A stretch of DNA of 64,000 nt. It comes from Azolla caroliniana (taxonomy: Eukaryota; Plantae; Polypodiophyta). Shown here piece after piece: positions 39,963 through 50,563 of the stretch. The stretch spans positions 620,001 through 684,000 of the forward strand of contig JBHGNT010000002.1 in the NCBI GenBank assembly GCA_043228905.1, written 5' to 3'. The translations under genes were made by a program, and so were the position numbers. A model generated the notes under the pieces. That model was not told the origin of the DNA. It searched no databases and was given only the letters and a program-made list of their open reading frames with translations. Each line of letters begins with the position of its first letter. Position 1 is the first letter of the stretch.

Positions 39963-42900
39963 ATGACTAGATCAACGCACGACCTAGTTACAGATCGAAC
40001 TCGACGCCTTGCCGAAAGGCAAAGGAGACGTGAGGCTTTCCAGCAAGCGGCGCAGGAAATTAGAGCGGATTGCTCGTTTTCCAACGTAATCTGGAGAGTA
40101 GTGGAGGACTCCCTCTGGTTACAGCAAACATCGTACCCGGATGACGGCAGCAACCTAAGCAGCCTCCGAGAAACCGAATCCCTTCTCCAGGCGTTGGCAA
40201 ACGGAGAAGGCGAAGCAGAAGCCTTTTCAGCGTATGAATCGGACTCCAAAGGGGAATATAACGTGCACACGAACTACCGTTGCAGCAACGAAACCCCGGG
40301 CGGACCGGAGGACGAAGGATCAGATACCTTACCGACACCAGAACCGGAAGTGCTAACGCTGGAACCCCTGGAACCAGCAGAGGAAGAGCGACCTCCGACA
40401 CCGGAAGTCGAAGAGGAGAGGCCTCCGTCACCAAAAGAAGAGGAAAGACCACTGACGCCGGAGAAAATCCCGGAACGAGCACCAACACTGCCCACCCGCC
40501 CGCGCACCGATACCGGACGACGACATGCCGTTCCAGTACTCCAAGTATAGAGATGATCCAGACGCGGAAGCTCATGTGCACGCCTTTGAACAGACATGGG
40601 AAGCCAACCATGTGTCCCAACGATTGACCCCGGATGAAGAGGAACGCTCTAAGATAGCGGAATTTGGCGTCACATTGGAGGGACCGGCAGCAAGATGGCG
40701 CCGGACGCACGACCTGTCTACCATCAACAAGACCGTAATGGTAGGCTTATTTTATACCATCCGACAGGAAGCAGGGGAGAGCATTCCCCAGTTTTTCATC
40801 CGGTTTCAACGGATGCATAGTCAGCTTGCCCGTGCACCCCCGAAGGAGGAATTACGGACTATATTCCTAAACGCGCTCCGGGAACCCCTACGCACGGTTT
40901 GCACGGTAATTGACTTCCGCACAAGTACCATCGACCAGGTCATTGACCGGGTGAGAGAGATGGAAAAGACAAGCTCCTGGCTCACACTAGGAGCACTCCA
41001 ACGGGCATTACCGTTCGATGAAGACCTCTAGTTTCGACAAGCAATACAGTGAACAACCTGCTTGAATTCCGGACACTCGGCTCTAGAATGCACTATGAGG
41101 ACGCAATGTGTAATCTGTCAATCCAAGGGCCATACGATGGATAGGTGCGAGTATAATCTATTGAACCGGCAAGCACCGCCCGTCCGACAAATTGAGACAC
41201 GCAGCAGCCAGGATGAAGAAGAGGAACGCTGGCGGCGAATGGACCGCGACCGACTGGCACAGGATGTCCGGTATGGCGATCGACGGGAGAATGATGTCCG
41301 GTACGGTGATCAGCGGGATAACTATGACCGGCATGATCGGTACCGGGATTACAATAGACGATACGAACATTACGACCGAGAGCACTCCCCCGGGTATCGT
41401 CAGCAACGGGAGGAATACGGCAGATATAACGGGTAACCCCGTCAAGAGTACTGCAATAAGAAGAGCTATAACAAAAAACGACATTTCAAAAAAGGCGGCT
41501 ACCCACGGGATCCGGAACAAGGAGCTTCAAGCAGCCAACCGGCCCAAAACCCCCCGCGTACCACAGGACCTACCTCGGGTACAACAGACAATGCTGAATC
41601 CAACAATACCCGGAAAGCCTACTGCTACTACTGCCGACAGGAAGGCCATTATAGTAATCAATGCCCGGTGAAGAGCTATGAAAAACGATCGGCGGTAAAT
41701 ATGGTAGTCCTTGAGGTGGCAGATCTGCAGTAGGTGACCACAAGGTTGAAGGGCATGGCCAAGGAATGGGAGACGCAGGAGACCATCCGGAAACAAGCGA
41801 CGGAATGGGTGAAGAAAGCAAACGAGCAGAATGTCACAAACTTACAACGGCAAAAGGAGAACACCGTAGGGCTTGCCGGCGGTAGTCACTCCGAGAACGA
41901 GACATGGCAAGCGTTGCAAGAATGCCAGATTACGCTGCCACTAGGACGACTCCTACAACTCGTGCCAAGATTCACGGAAGGACTGAAGACGGCCATGACG
42001 GCAGGAGAATCATCACCGGCACCGGTACTCTTCTCGAATCCGGAGGAGGGACCAACGGTGGTGGACACCAACAGTCCGGTAATCACTACCATTGTAAAAG
42101 GGAAAGAACTCCCCGACACAGTTATAGACGGAGGCTCTGGGGTGAATGTAAGAAGCCTCCGGACGTGTGATGCCCTAGGAATCCACGAGTGGGAGCCGTG
42201 TCCGTTCTAGTTGCGGATGGCCGATACAAGCTCAGTGCGGCCGATAGGATTAATACGGAAATTAGAAGTCACCGTGGGCGGTCATACATTTCACATCTCG
42301 GCAGTAGTGCTACAATTACAGGCACAAGGCGCATACCCGCTATTGCTAGGGCGGCCATGGTTGAAAATGACACATATCAAACAGAATTGGAGGAAAAATA
42401 TAATTACCTTCCGGCGAGGAAAAGCCAAGGTACGGGTACCAACACAGCCATGGACGAGCACTGGCAAGGAATGTACACCGTTGTATGCGGAATGCGTCAA
42501 CATGCTAGAAGGGTTAGTTGACGAAGAAGAAGCTCAGTACTTGCAGGAAAACCCGAAGATCATACCCCTCTTCGAAATTGACATTGCCGAAGCAGTAGCA
42601 CCATACTTACCGCAACCGGAAGAGGGTGAAGCAGAACCGGATAAAGACGCAATCCGGGAGTTACGGCAAGCGCAGGAAGCGTTGGAACGGGAAATGGCCG
42701 TTTCACAGCGCGTAAAAGCGTCGCAACTGGAAGAGGTGAACCTAGGGACCACGGACGAAGCAAAACCGGTGCACATCGCCAAGGAGATGAAGTCCGAAAA
42801 CAAAACGGCGATGATCACACTTCTCACGGAATTTCGCGATGTGTTCGCCTGGTCATACGAAGACATGCGAGGACTTGACCCTTAGTTATACCAGCATCAA

Positions 42901-43337
42901 GTTCACTTGAGCAAGGACGCAAAACCAGTGGCACAAAGACGGTACCGGATGAATCCCAATTATGCCGCCAAAGTCAAGGAGGAAATCGACAAACTGCTAA
43001 GAGTTGGCTTTATCCGTCCGGTAAAGAAAGCGACATGGCTTAGCCCGATCGTAGTCGTACCGAAGAAGAACGGAAAAATTCGAGTTTGTCTGGACTACCG
43101 GAAACTCAATGCAACTACGGTAACGGATGCGTTTCCACTTCCGTTCACAGATGGAGTGTTGGATGCCGTCGCCGGCCATGTCTATAGCTTTCTAGACGGA
43201 TTCAACGGGTATAATCAGATCCGGATGCACCCTGACGACCAAGAGAAAACGGTGCAATCCCGACATTTCTGCTTACTGCAAGACACACTTTACCACAAGG
43301 GCGCGGACGGCATATGGAGACGGGTTGTGTGCGGCGA
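39963..43337 (+). pseudogene. gag-pol of the 39477-46159 element (stops, frameshifts, large deletions)
   Basis: Gag core (DPDAEAHVHAFEQTW..LEGPAARW..IRQEAGESIPQF); CCHC knuckles (CLNSGHSALEC, CVICQSKGHTMDRC, CYYCRQEGHYSNQC); protease VIDGGSGVN; RT WLSPIVVVPKKNGKIRVCLDYRKLN..FPLP..SFLDGFNGYNQI..DQEKT. The sequence then jumps at ~43251 to LYHKGADGIWRRVV, so most of RT, RNase H and integrase are missing. Confidence 0.92.
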
Positions 43338-43339
43338 TC

Positions 43340-45672
43340 GAGATTGTCAGAGGCAAAGACGACAAAGAAGGCCGAGACGGACGGAGGATATGGCACGCCG
43401 TAACGCAGTGGCTCACCTTGCTTGTGCCACCTGTCCAACCCGTCCAACCCAAGAAGCGAGGAAGAGTGGCGGACGGCACCCCAAAGACGGCTTCCAAAAG
43501 ACAACAATTGTTGGCCTCTAAGGCCACTAAGGGGAAGGCGGCGGACACAGAACAGGCGGGAAAGGAGAGCGGCAGCCGGAAGCGGCCAACAGATGCGCAG
43601 GAGGAACCCACCGGCACGACCCATAAAGGTTACACTCCGCCAACCTGTGAATAGAGAAGCGGACCCCTTGGTGGCAAAACTCAATGTCGGGACTCAGGAA
43701 GAGGAAATAGAGGAGGAGCCTACGGAGCACCTCCAGCGACGGTCGTCGGCAAGGACCGTTGAGGCAGCCGGGAAACATTCGGACCCTTAGACGGAGGGAA
43801 CACCGGCTCCCCATACTGAGACTCCTACGCCAAGGGAGGAACCGGAACCGGTGCGCATGGCACCGGAATCAGAAGCCCCGGCACCACCGGCAACACCGGC
43901 AAGTCCCATCCCGTCAAAGCCGGAAAGGTCAATGCAGCCTCCCTCGGCCAACCAAGAAGAAGCGCAAGGGGAACCAGGACAGTAGGGTGGTCCACGGGCA
44001 GAAACGGAATTGCAACTTGGCGCAACCAGGCGGGACCACCCATCTACAAGTGAGCCCATCTGTCAAACCTCCGTGCAAGCACAACAATGCACCGGTAGCC
44101 TGTGGCTCCGGTGGATAGGCGAACAGATTGCCGGAGCAGTGGGGTATATTGAGGCGGAAGAAAGAGCGCAAAGCAAACGGTTGCTCGTCACAACCGAACA
44201 ACTAGAGACGGCCCGGTCCAGAATCCAGTGCCTTGAAAAAGACTTGGATCAGGTCACGACAGAGATGGCCAAAATGGCCTTAACGGCAACACAGATCCAA
44301 TCACTGGTGACTCCGGTAAGTGTACAGAATAAAGAAACGGATCGACCTGTACATACCACTAAGACCCCGGCAACGGAAACCGTTCCGGCGAGAGATGTGG
44401 CGCAAGCCCAGGAGCTTGCGGAATTGAGAGATGAACTTGCCGCACAAGAAGCGCTAAGGAGCCGTGAACGGAAATTGAAGACAGCGGCCGAAGCCGAATT
44501 AAAGAAGACTGCTGAGAACCTCCGCCGGGCAGAGGAGAGCCTCCGGAAAGGCCATCAAGCGTACGACCGGCTAAGGGAGGAAAAAGACAAAGTGCTGCAG
44601 GAAAAGGACAAGTTGCGAAAGACGGCGGAAACAGAAATTGAACGGCTAAAGGAAGAGCTCCGCCAGCAGAAGGACCGCGAGGACCGGGCCCATTGACAGA
44701 TCAACGCACGGCTCAAGCAAAAGACAGATGATTTTGAGCACCTGCACCGGGACTACAAACGGCTGGAAATGGAGCATAAGGAACGGATGGCCGAGCTCCA
44801 GCAGGAAGTTGATCGGGCCGCGACGGCGGTCGCCGACGAACGTGCGGAAAATACAAGGCGCTTGGACGAGGCGGAGAAGGTCCGGATGGAGCTCCAGAGG
44901 CAGCAGCAGGAAGAAAAGGAGAGAGCGTCAACGGTATTGCAGAAATTACAAAGCACATATCAAAGGCAATTGACGCATTACAAGGAGCAGGCGGAAGACA
45001 ACGTCAAAATCATCAAGCAACTGAAGGAGGAACGGCAAGCGGCGGAAACCAAATCGCAATTGGGAACGAGCCAGATTCAGTCCATCCTTCGGGCATAAAC
45101 ACTTGATTGACGAAAGCTCCGTAAGATGGTGGACAAAGTGGGCACAAAACGCGGCGGAACTCCAATTGCTACGGGCAGACGTGGCAAACCGGCGGAAGGA
45201 AGGAGATGATTGTTATACATTGACTTCCGAGGACTTCACCGCCATACGGGACGAGCTGACCGACGACTTCCAAGTCCTGGCGGATGAACAGCTGGCGCAG
45301 GTTAGGCAACTCGTAGCTCAGCTAGACGATGATAGGTTGGACGCTCAAATCTAGTTTGAAAGCTACGAGCGGTCCCGGGTTCGGGAAGAAAAAGCACGGG
45401 CAGCGGCAACGGTTAACCTTAGTGATGAGGAACCGTCGTCGGCCGAGGGCCAACCCGGAACCAGTCAACCGGAGACCACTACGACGGAGGGAGCAACGAC
45501 GGAGACGCCGATGTCAGAGCAACAAACATAGAAGCAGCCGCAGCAGCCACCAACGGACCCGTCGCAGCAGACATCAACAGAGCAGCAACAACAACAACAA
45601 CAACAACCAATTCCAGATGAACCATTGGAGACTCTCGAACAAAGCATTCTGGATATTTTAGACGAAGAATAG
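43340..45672 (+). pseudogene. Extra sense-strand ORF downstream of pol: Pro/Glu-rich region plus long coiled coil, unknown function
   Basis: ORF pieces 43325-43654, 44010-44696, 44769-45098 and 45103-45354 join across stops/frameshifts into an E/K/R/Q-rich heptad protein ending ILDILDEE* at 45672. Confidence 0.75.
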
Positions 45673-46510
45673 CAAGGGTCGGTTGTGGATTCGACGTACA
45701 AGGTATTGTCCCACGGGCGTGCCATGTGTTACCGGCCGGCAAAGGAGTCCAGAATGTGAAATGGGGAGTTATTTAATTAGTAGGAATGGTTGTAAGTAAG
45801 CTATGAGTGTGGACGGACGGACCGGAATCGGTATGCCGTTCCGGATCCGGACCGATCCCGAACAGGTGCGGATGGCACCGTTTTGTAATACAGACCGGAA
45901 ACCTATTTAAAGGCCCGGATACAATGGAATGAATAGCGGTTAATTAATAAAGCTTAGTGTTGTTATATCTCTGTGTTAATTGCCGTTCTGCATTCATTGC
46001 TATATCTTACGCGTGTGATTATTAAAGACGATCATGCTAAGTAACCTAATTAAGTCGGATTAATCGTTGAGTCTAATCCTGTTGCCGTAACACCCCTTTG
46101 GTGAAGTGTCTTCCGTAGACACCCTATGTTAGGCCATTGTCCGGCCCTAAGAGTTAACATTATACATCACGAAATCGAGGTGACCAATAGGGATAACAAA
46201 AAAAAATGTTGTAAAAGGATGGTGACTACACCATTCTCACAAAAATGTGAGGACAGCCACCAAGATCCTTCCTTGAAAGACAACCATCAATCAACTAACA
46301 TAACGTAACGAATTTCTAATATACACACATATATGTTCAATGACATGACATGCATACAATTAAATACGTATAAATGTGATTACATATGTGTATATAAAAG
46401 AATAGTTAACCAAAACATAACCAATGAATAATATAATCGAGATAGTAATTGAGGCTTATAGCCTCTACGCACACATAACACCCAAAAAAACAAGAGTGAA
46501 AGTAATACGC

Positions 46511-46650
46511 AATCGAGGTATTGACCTCTTACGCATACGACACAGGTCGTATATCCAATATATAACAATTGAGGTATTGACCTCGTACGCATACGACACA
46601 AATCATATATCAAATATATAGCAATTGAGGTATTGGCTTCATATGCATAC
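46511..46650. repeat. ~56-bp tandem repeat, about 2.5 copies, in the chromovirus leader
   Basis: AAT(C/T)GAGGTATTGACCTC.TACGCATACGACACA at 46511, 46567 and 46623. Confidence 0.8.
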
Positions 46651-47638
46651 ATATGTACGTTTTATACAACAAATCGATTACCACTACAACATATTTTAAT
46701 GATTGAAATTAATACATAATGACATAAACATGATTAGAATGGGAGAAGAAAGAATATAAAAGAAAGAAAGAAAGGGATCATACCGAAGTTCTTTTGTAAT
46801 TGTTGCCTTTCTAGATCAAGCTCGACCGCACATCAATCGATCACCATCCAACAACAAAAAAACAATCAACAAAAGAAACATTAGGAAACTTGGCTTTGAT
46901 ACCAACAGTTAGAGCTAGATCCTAATGTAAGCATGAGATAAGGATATAATATATAGATAGAAAAGAAAGGACAAAGAGAAAGAAGGGTGTTGATCCACCT
47001 GATTAGCCCCGAGCGAAGGGATCGAGACGGGCTCGAGCCTCAATCGATGTCCCATACCACCGTCGTGGCATCGAGTCGTACCTGGTCATGGCGCGCTCGC
47101 TTACAAGAGTTTGATCACCACTTTTAAGTAGAGTCTCGATATAGTCGAATCATCTCAAATGAGGGTAGTTAGGCCTCATATTTATAGCCAAACCTAGGGC
47201 CCCTAGGCAAGGTCACACTTGGCCTTTGTGGGTTGTCTCAATCTCAAGGATTAAAAGTAATCCTTCCTTTCTTTACACTCTCGGTTAACCCTCACACTTT
47301 ATCCACGTGTATAGAATACTACTGTACAATCTTACCATGGGATATTATATGGTCATGCCCATACAAATATGCACATATAGGATTTGTCGATATGACTCAA
47401 CCTTGTAAAACTACACAAAGAAAGGAAACTCTACATCATTGTGTGATTCAAGCATCACGATGGACATGTTTTGGTGTGTTGGCGATGGCCATTGCATTCA
47501 ATGGACATGTACGCAACACGAGATGAAGGTCCACTCAAAGAAAGCCTGGTGAGACAAGCCATCTTTTGTTTGCGAATGGTTGACAAAAAACAAGAACATG
47601 AAACCCATATCTCATCTCAAAGCCCCACCTACCATGAT

Positions 47639-47768
47639 TGTTACGGGCATGACCATATAATAGCCCGTGGTGAGAATTTACCGCAGTATTCTTTACATGT
47701 ACACGAGAGGGTAAAGAATATTGCGATAAATTCTCACCACAAGATATTATATGATCATGCTCGTAACA
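47639..47768. repeat. 130-bp foldback built from the 5' (U3) end of the chromovirus LTR family
   Basis: ~58-bp arms TGTTACG(G/A)GCATGA(C/T)CATATAATA..GTGGTGAGAATTTA(C/T)CGCA(G/A)TATTCTTTAC around a 14-nt spacer. Arms resemble the LTR start at 38916 (TGTTACAGGCATGAACATATAATATCTCGTGGTAAGA). Confidence 0.85.
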
Positions 47769-48433
47769 ATGTGTGTGTGTGTGTGTGTACATACTCTGCA
47801 ATACAAACATATATAGATTAAAATACATATGCCGCAATACAAACATATATATGTTAAATTACATACGCCGCAATACAGACATATATATGCTAAAATACAT
47901 ATGCAAACATATAATTATATGTTATAAGACAGACATATGCGATTGTCAATAGTTTATAGTTCTAGATACCTACTTACATTAAATAGAAAGTAAGAGAGGA
48001 TATGTATGCACTCTCATATACTTCAACTCAACTAACCCAGGGTGATTCCCCGTTTTCTTGTATAGTATTTATGTAGAAATCTCTCATAACTAATGGGAAA
48101 GTAGCTCTTTTTTGGAAAAAAATTCTCAAAAAGACAAACATATCTTTATATACGTTAAAAAAAGATATATGTATATATAGACATATGTACATATGCTACA
48201 ATATATATATGTTAAAATACATAAGCCACAATACACACAAGTATATGCTAAATTACATATATAGATGTATATTTATGCTATAAACAGGTACACCCTAAAT
48301 AAAATACAGACGAGTATGCATACATCTATACATCAGTTATTTTCGAGTGTACATATGTACAAATATACGTATGTATGTGCTCGTTAGAATGCAGACTTGC
48401 ATACAATGCATATCGTATAAAGATGTATGTATA

Positions 48434-48963
48434 TAGGGCGATTGTATGTATATTTTAAAAACTACCTCATGTTACGAAGAGTCTCTCCGCTTGATCAAAA
48501 GATCAGGGTGCATTCGCCACAAGCTTTGGCCATCATCTGCTTGAATTTGTAAGCCGACACTAGATGATCATATATAATGGTTTAGCCAAGTGGTCGGGCT
48601 CGGAAGAGCTCATATGTTTCCCACATGGAGGAGGGGAAAGCACAGTTGATTACCTAATAGGACGCCTTGAAGTTGCCCACATGATTAACTCCTTCCGGTA
48701 GGGCGGCCGTACGTATATTTTAAAAACTACCTCATGTTACGAAGAGTCTCTCTGCTTGATCAAAAGATGAGGGTGCATTCACCACAAGCTTTGGCCATCA
48801 TCTGCTTGAACTTGTAAGTCGACACCAGATGATCATATATGATGGTTTAGCCAAGTGGCCGGGCTCGGAAGAGCTCATATGTTTCCCACATGGAGGAGGG
48901 GAAAGCACAGTTGATTACCTAATAGGACGCCCTGAAGCTGCCCACATGATTACCTCCTTTCAG
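48434..48963. repeat. 265-bp tandem duplication covering the LINE 5' truncation point and endonuclease fragment
   Basis: TAGGGCG..TATATTTTAAAAACTACCTCATGTTACGAAGAG...GCCCACATGATTA.CTCCTT at 48434 and 48699. Confidence 0.9.
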
Positions 48964-49720
48964 GTGGCCCCATGCCCTATTGGTGTAGACCATAACTTCC
49001 TATACTTTGAGCTAAACTGGAACACCTCCAACGCCACCAACTCTAGTCAATCAAACCATCACACCACAATACATTTTACACATGAGCTCTCTGACATCTA
49101 CTCCTGACATGTTCAAGCCCATCTCTCCTCTCTTGATTCTTCCGTGCCTTTAGAGAACCTCACTACAAAACTCACACACATCCTTTACTCAGAAGCAATT
49201 AGTAGCTTCCCATACACGAAACACTCCAATCATAGTAGAATAGGGTTTATGCCAAATAATAGGTGGTATGATAAGGATTGTCAAGACTTGTATAGACAAC
49301 TTAAAGTGTCGCGACTTAGTGGTACTATCCTTAGTACAAGCTCACAAAGAGATGCGCAAGATGACACGCCGTAAAAGGCGATCTTGGGAAGCATCTCAAT
49401 ATTGGGAACACTACCACATGCTCATAAGTAGGGAACGCACCCTTGCATGGAAGAGACTACAGGAACCGAGACCACAAACACCCATCGAGGATCCCAACAC
49501 TTGACACACATATAGAGAGAGACTCTACCACGTCCCGAACCAACCACCCATTCTAATGCCTTCCACACCTTGACATACCATGGGGAAACTTTTTACGACC
49601 TCTAGGGTCATGAAGGACATAAAAAAATTACAACATAGGAAATCCATGGACCACACAGGATTGCGAGCTGAACACATCATATATGCTCGAGATTGCCTAG
49701 CCCCTTTTCTCACTCTAATC

Positions 49721-50228
49721 TGTTGGGAGACAGGTCCCTCCGGATGGGAAGGGAGAAGAACAGTGCCGACGAACAAACTCGGCCGAGGCCGAATCTGTAT
49801 GAGGTGGACCCGGCTACGGAGAACCGGATGGTACAGGCCCGGTGAGAACCGGAAGAGGAGTACCCGGTTACGGAGAACCGGATGGTACAGGCCCGGTGAG
49901 AACCGGAAGAGGAGTACCCGGCTACGAAGAGCCGGATGGTGCAGGCCCGGTATGAACCGGATGAGGAGTACCCGACTACGGAGAGCCGGATGATACAGAC
50001 CCGGTGAAGACCGGATGAGGAATACCTGGCTACGGAGAGCCGGATGGTACAGACCCGGTGAGAACCGGATGAAGAGACATATTCGTAAATATGTTTCTGA
50101 GAGCCCATCGAGGCTACATTTGTAAATAGCCGCAAAGTCATATTAGTATAAATATGACTTAGGGCAAACTTTTAGTAACTGTTGTTGTTGTCATTTTCTG
50201 TTTTGCACGAGATTAGTGTACGTAACTG

Positions 50229-50293
<65 letters not shown>

Positions 50294-50563
50294 TCGTTGC
50301 CTCTATTGTAACCGCCGCCTGTGGCGAAGATTTGTGAGCACGAGGTCGGTGCCTCAGTGAACTCACTGTTGTATATTCCTCCATAGTGACAGTTTGCAGC
50401 CTGTGGGCTGCCGTGGTTTTTCCCTTAGTTTGGGGTTTTCCACGTAAACCTCCTGTGTATTCTCTCGTTCTTTGTGTCGCGTTTTATTTCCCGTTTTTCT
50501 GTGTATCATTCTAAGCTCGGTTGTGGCCGAGCGTTGTGCATAAGGAACGTTGGGTTCCCGTCA
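49721..50563 (+). mobile_element. Solo LTR (843 bp, probably Copia) inserted in the LINE RT
   Basis: TGTTGGG...CCCGTCA with TSD TAATC on both sides; the empty site CACTCTAATCTTCGACC is seen in the LINE copy at ~25887. TATAAATA at ~50147, (GA)n tract, and U5-like GTGGTTTTTCCC..GGGTTTTCCACGTAAA. Confidence 0.92.
49801..50070 (+). repeat. Five 54-bp tandem repeats in the solo-LTR U3
   Basis: GAGGAGTACCCGGCTACGGAGAGCCGGATGGTACAGGCCCGGTGAGAACCGGA(A/T) at 49801, 49855, 49909, 49963 and 50017. Confidence 0.95.

Larger units (their letters stand above)
39477..46159 (+). mobile_element. Ty3/Gypsy non-chromovirus LTR retrotransposon with internally deleted pol and an extra 3' ORF
   Basis: Two 433-bp LTRs (39477-39909, 45727-46159; TG...CA; about 11 differences by eye). 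TSD TTATA. PBS TGGCGACCAC at 39917-39926 (tRNA-Arg type). Contains gag, protease, the RT N-terminus, a short pre-integrase piece and a long coiled-coil ORF. Confidence 0.97.
35917..47365 (-). mobile_element. Non-autonomous chromovirus (Ty3/Gypsy) derivative hosting two nested LTR elements
   Basis: TSD AATAT (35912-35916 / 47366-47370). 5' LTR 47365->46907. PBS TGGTATCAAAGCCA (tRNA-iMet type) at 46904->46891. Chromodomain remnant PERILDVKTKNLRSKIIREFKVKWLDKSTQDAIWE at ~39095->38990. PPT GAGGGGGAG at 38927->38919. 3' LTR 38916->35917, interrupted by 36017-38553. Confidence 0.9.

Noticed and set aside
40060-44201. Many overlapping antisense ORFs in the Gypsy interior
   Set aside because: Expected shadows of GC-rich coding sequence; no motifs.
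49801-50070. CRISPR-like array or 18-aa repeat protein (also the 149-bp and ~80-bp arrays)
   Set aside because: Units are contiguous with no unique spacers, there are no cas genes, and the context is a eukaryotic LTR. The ORF exists only because 54 is a multiple of 3.
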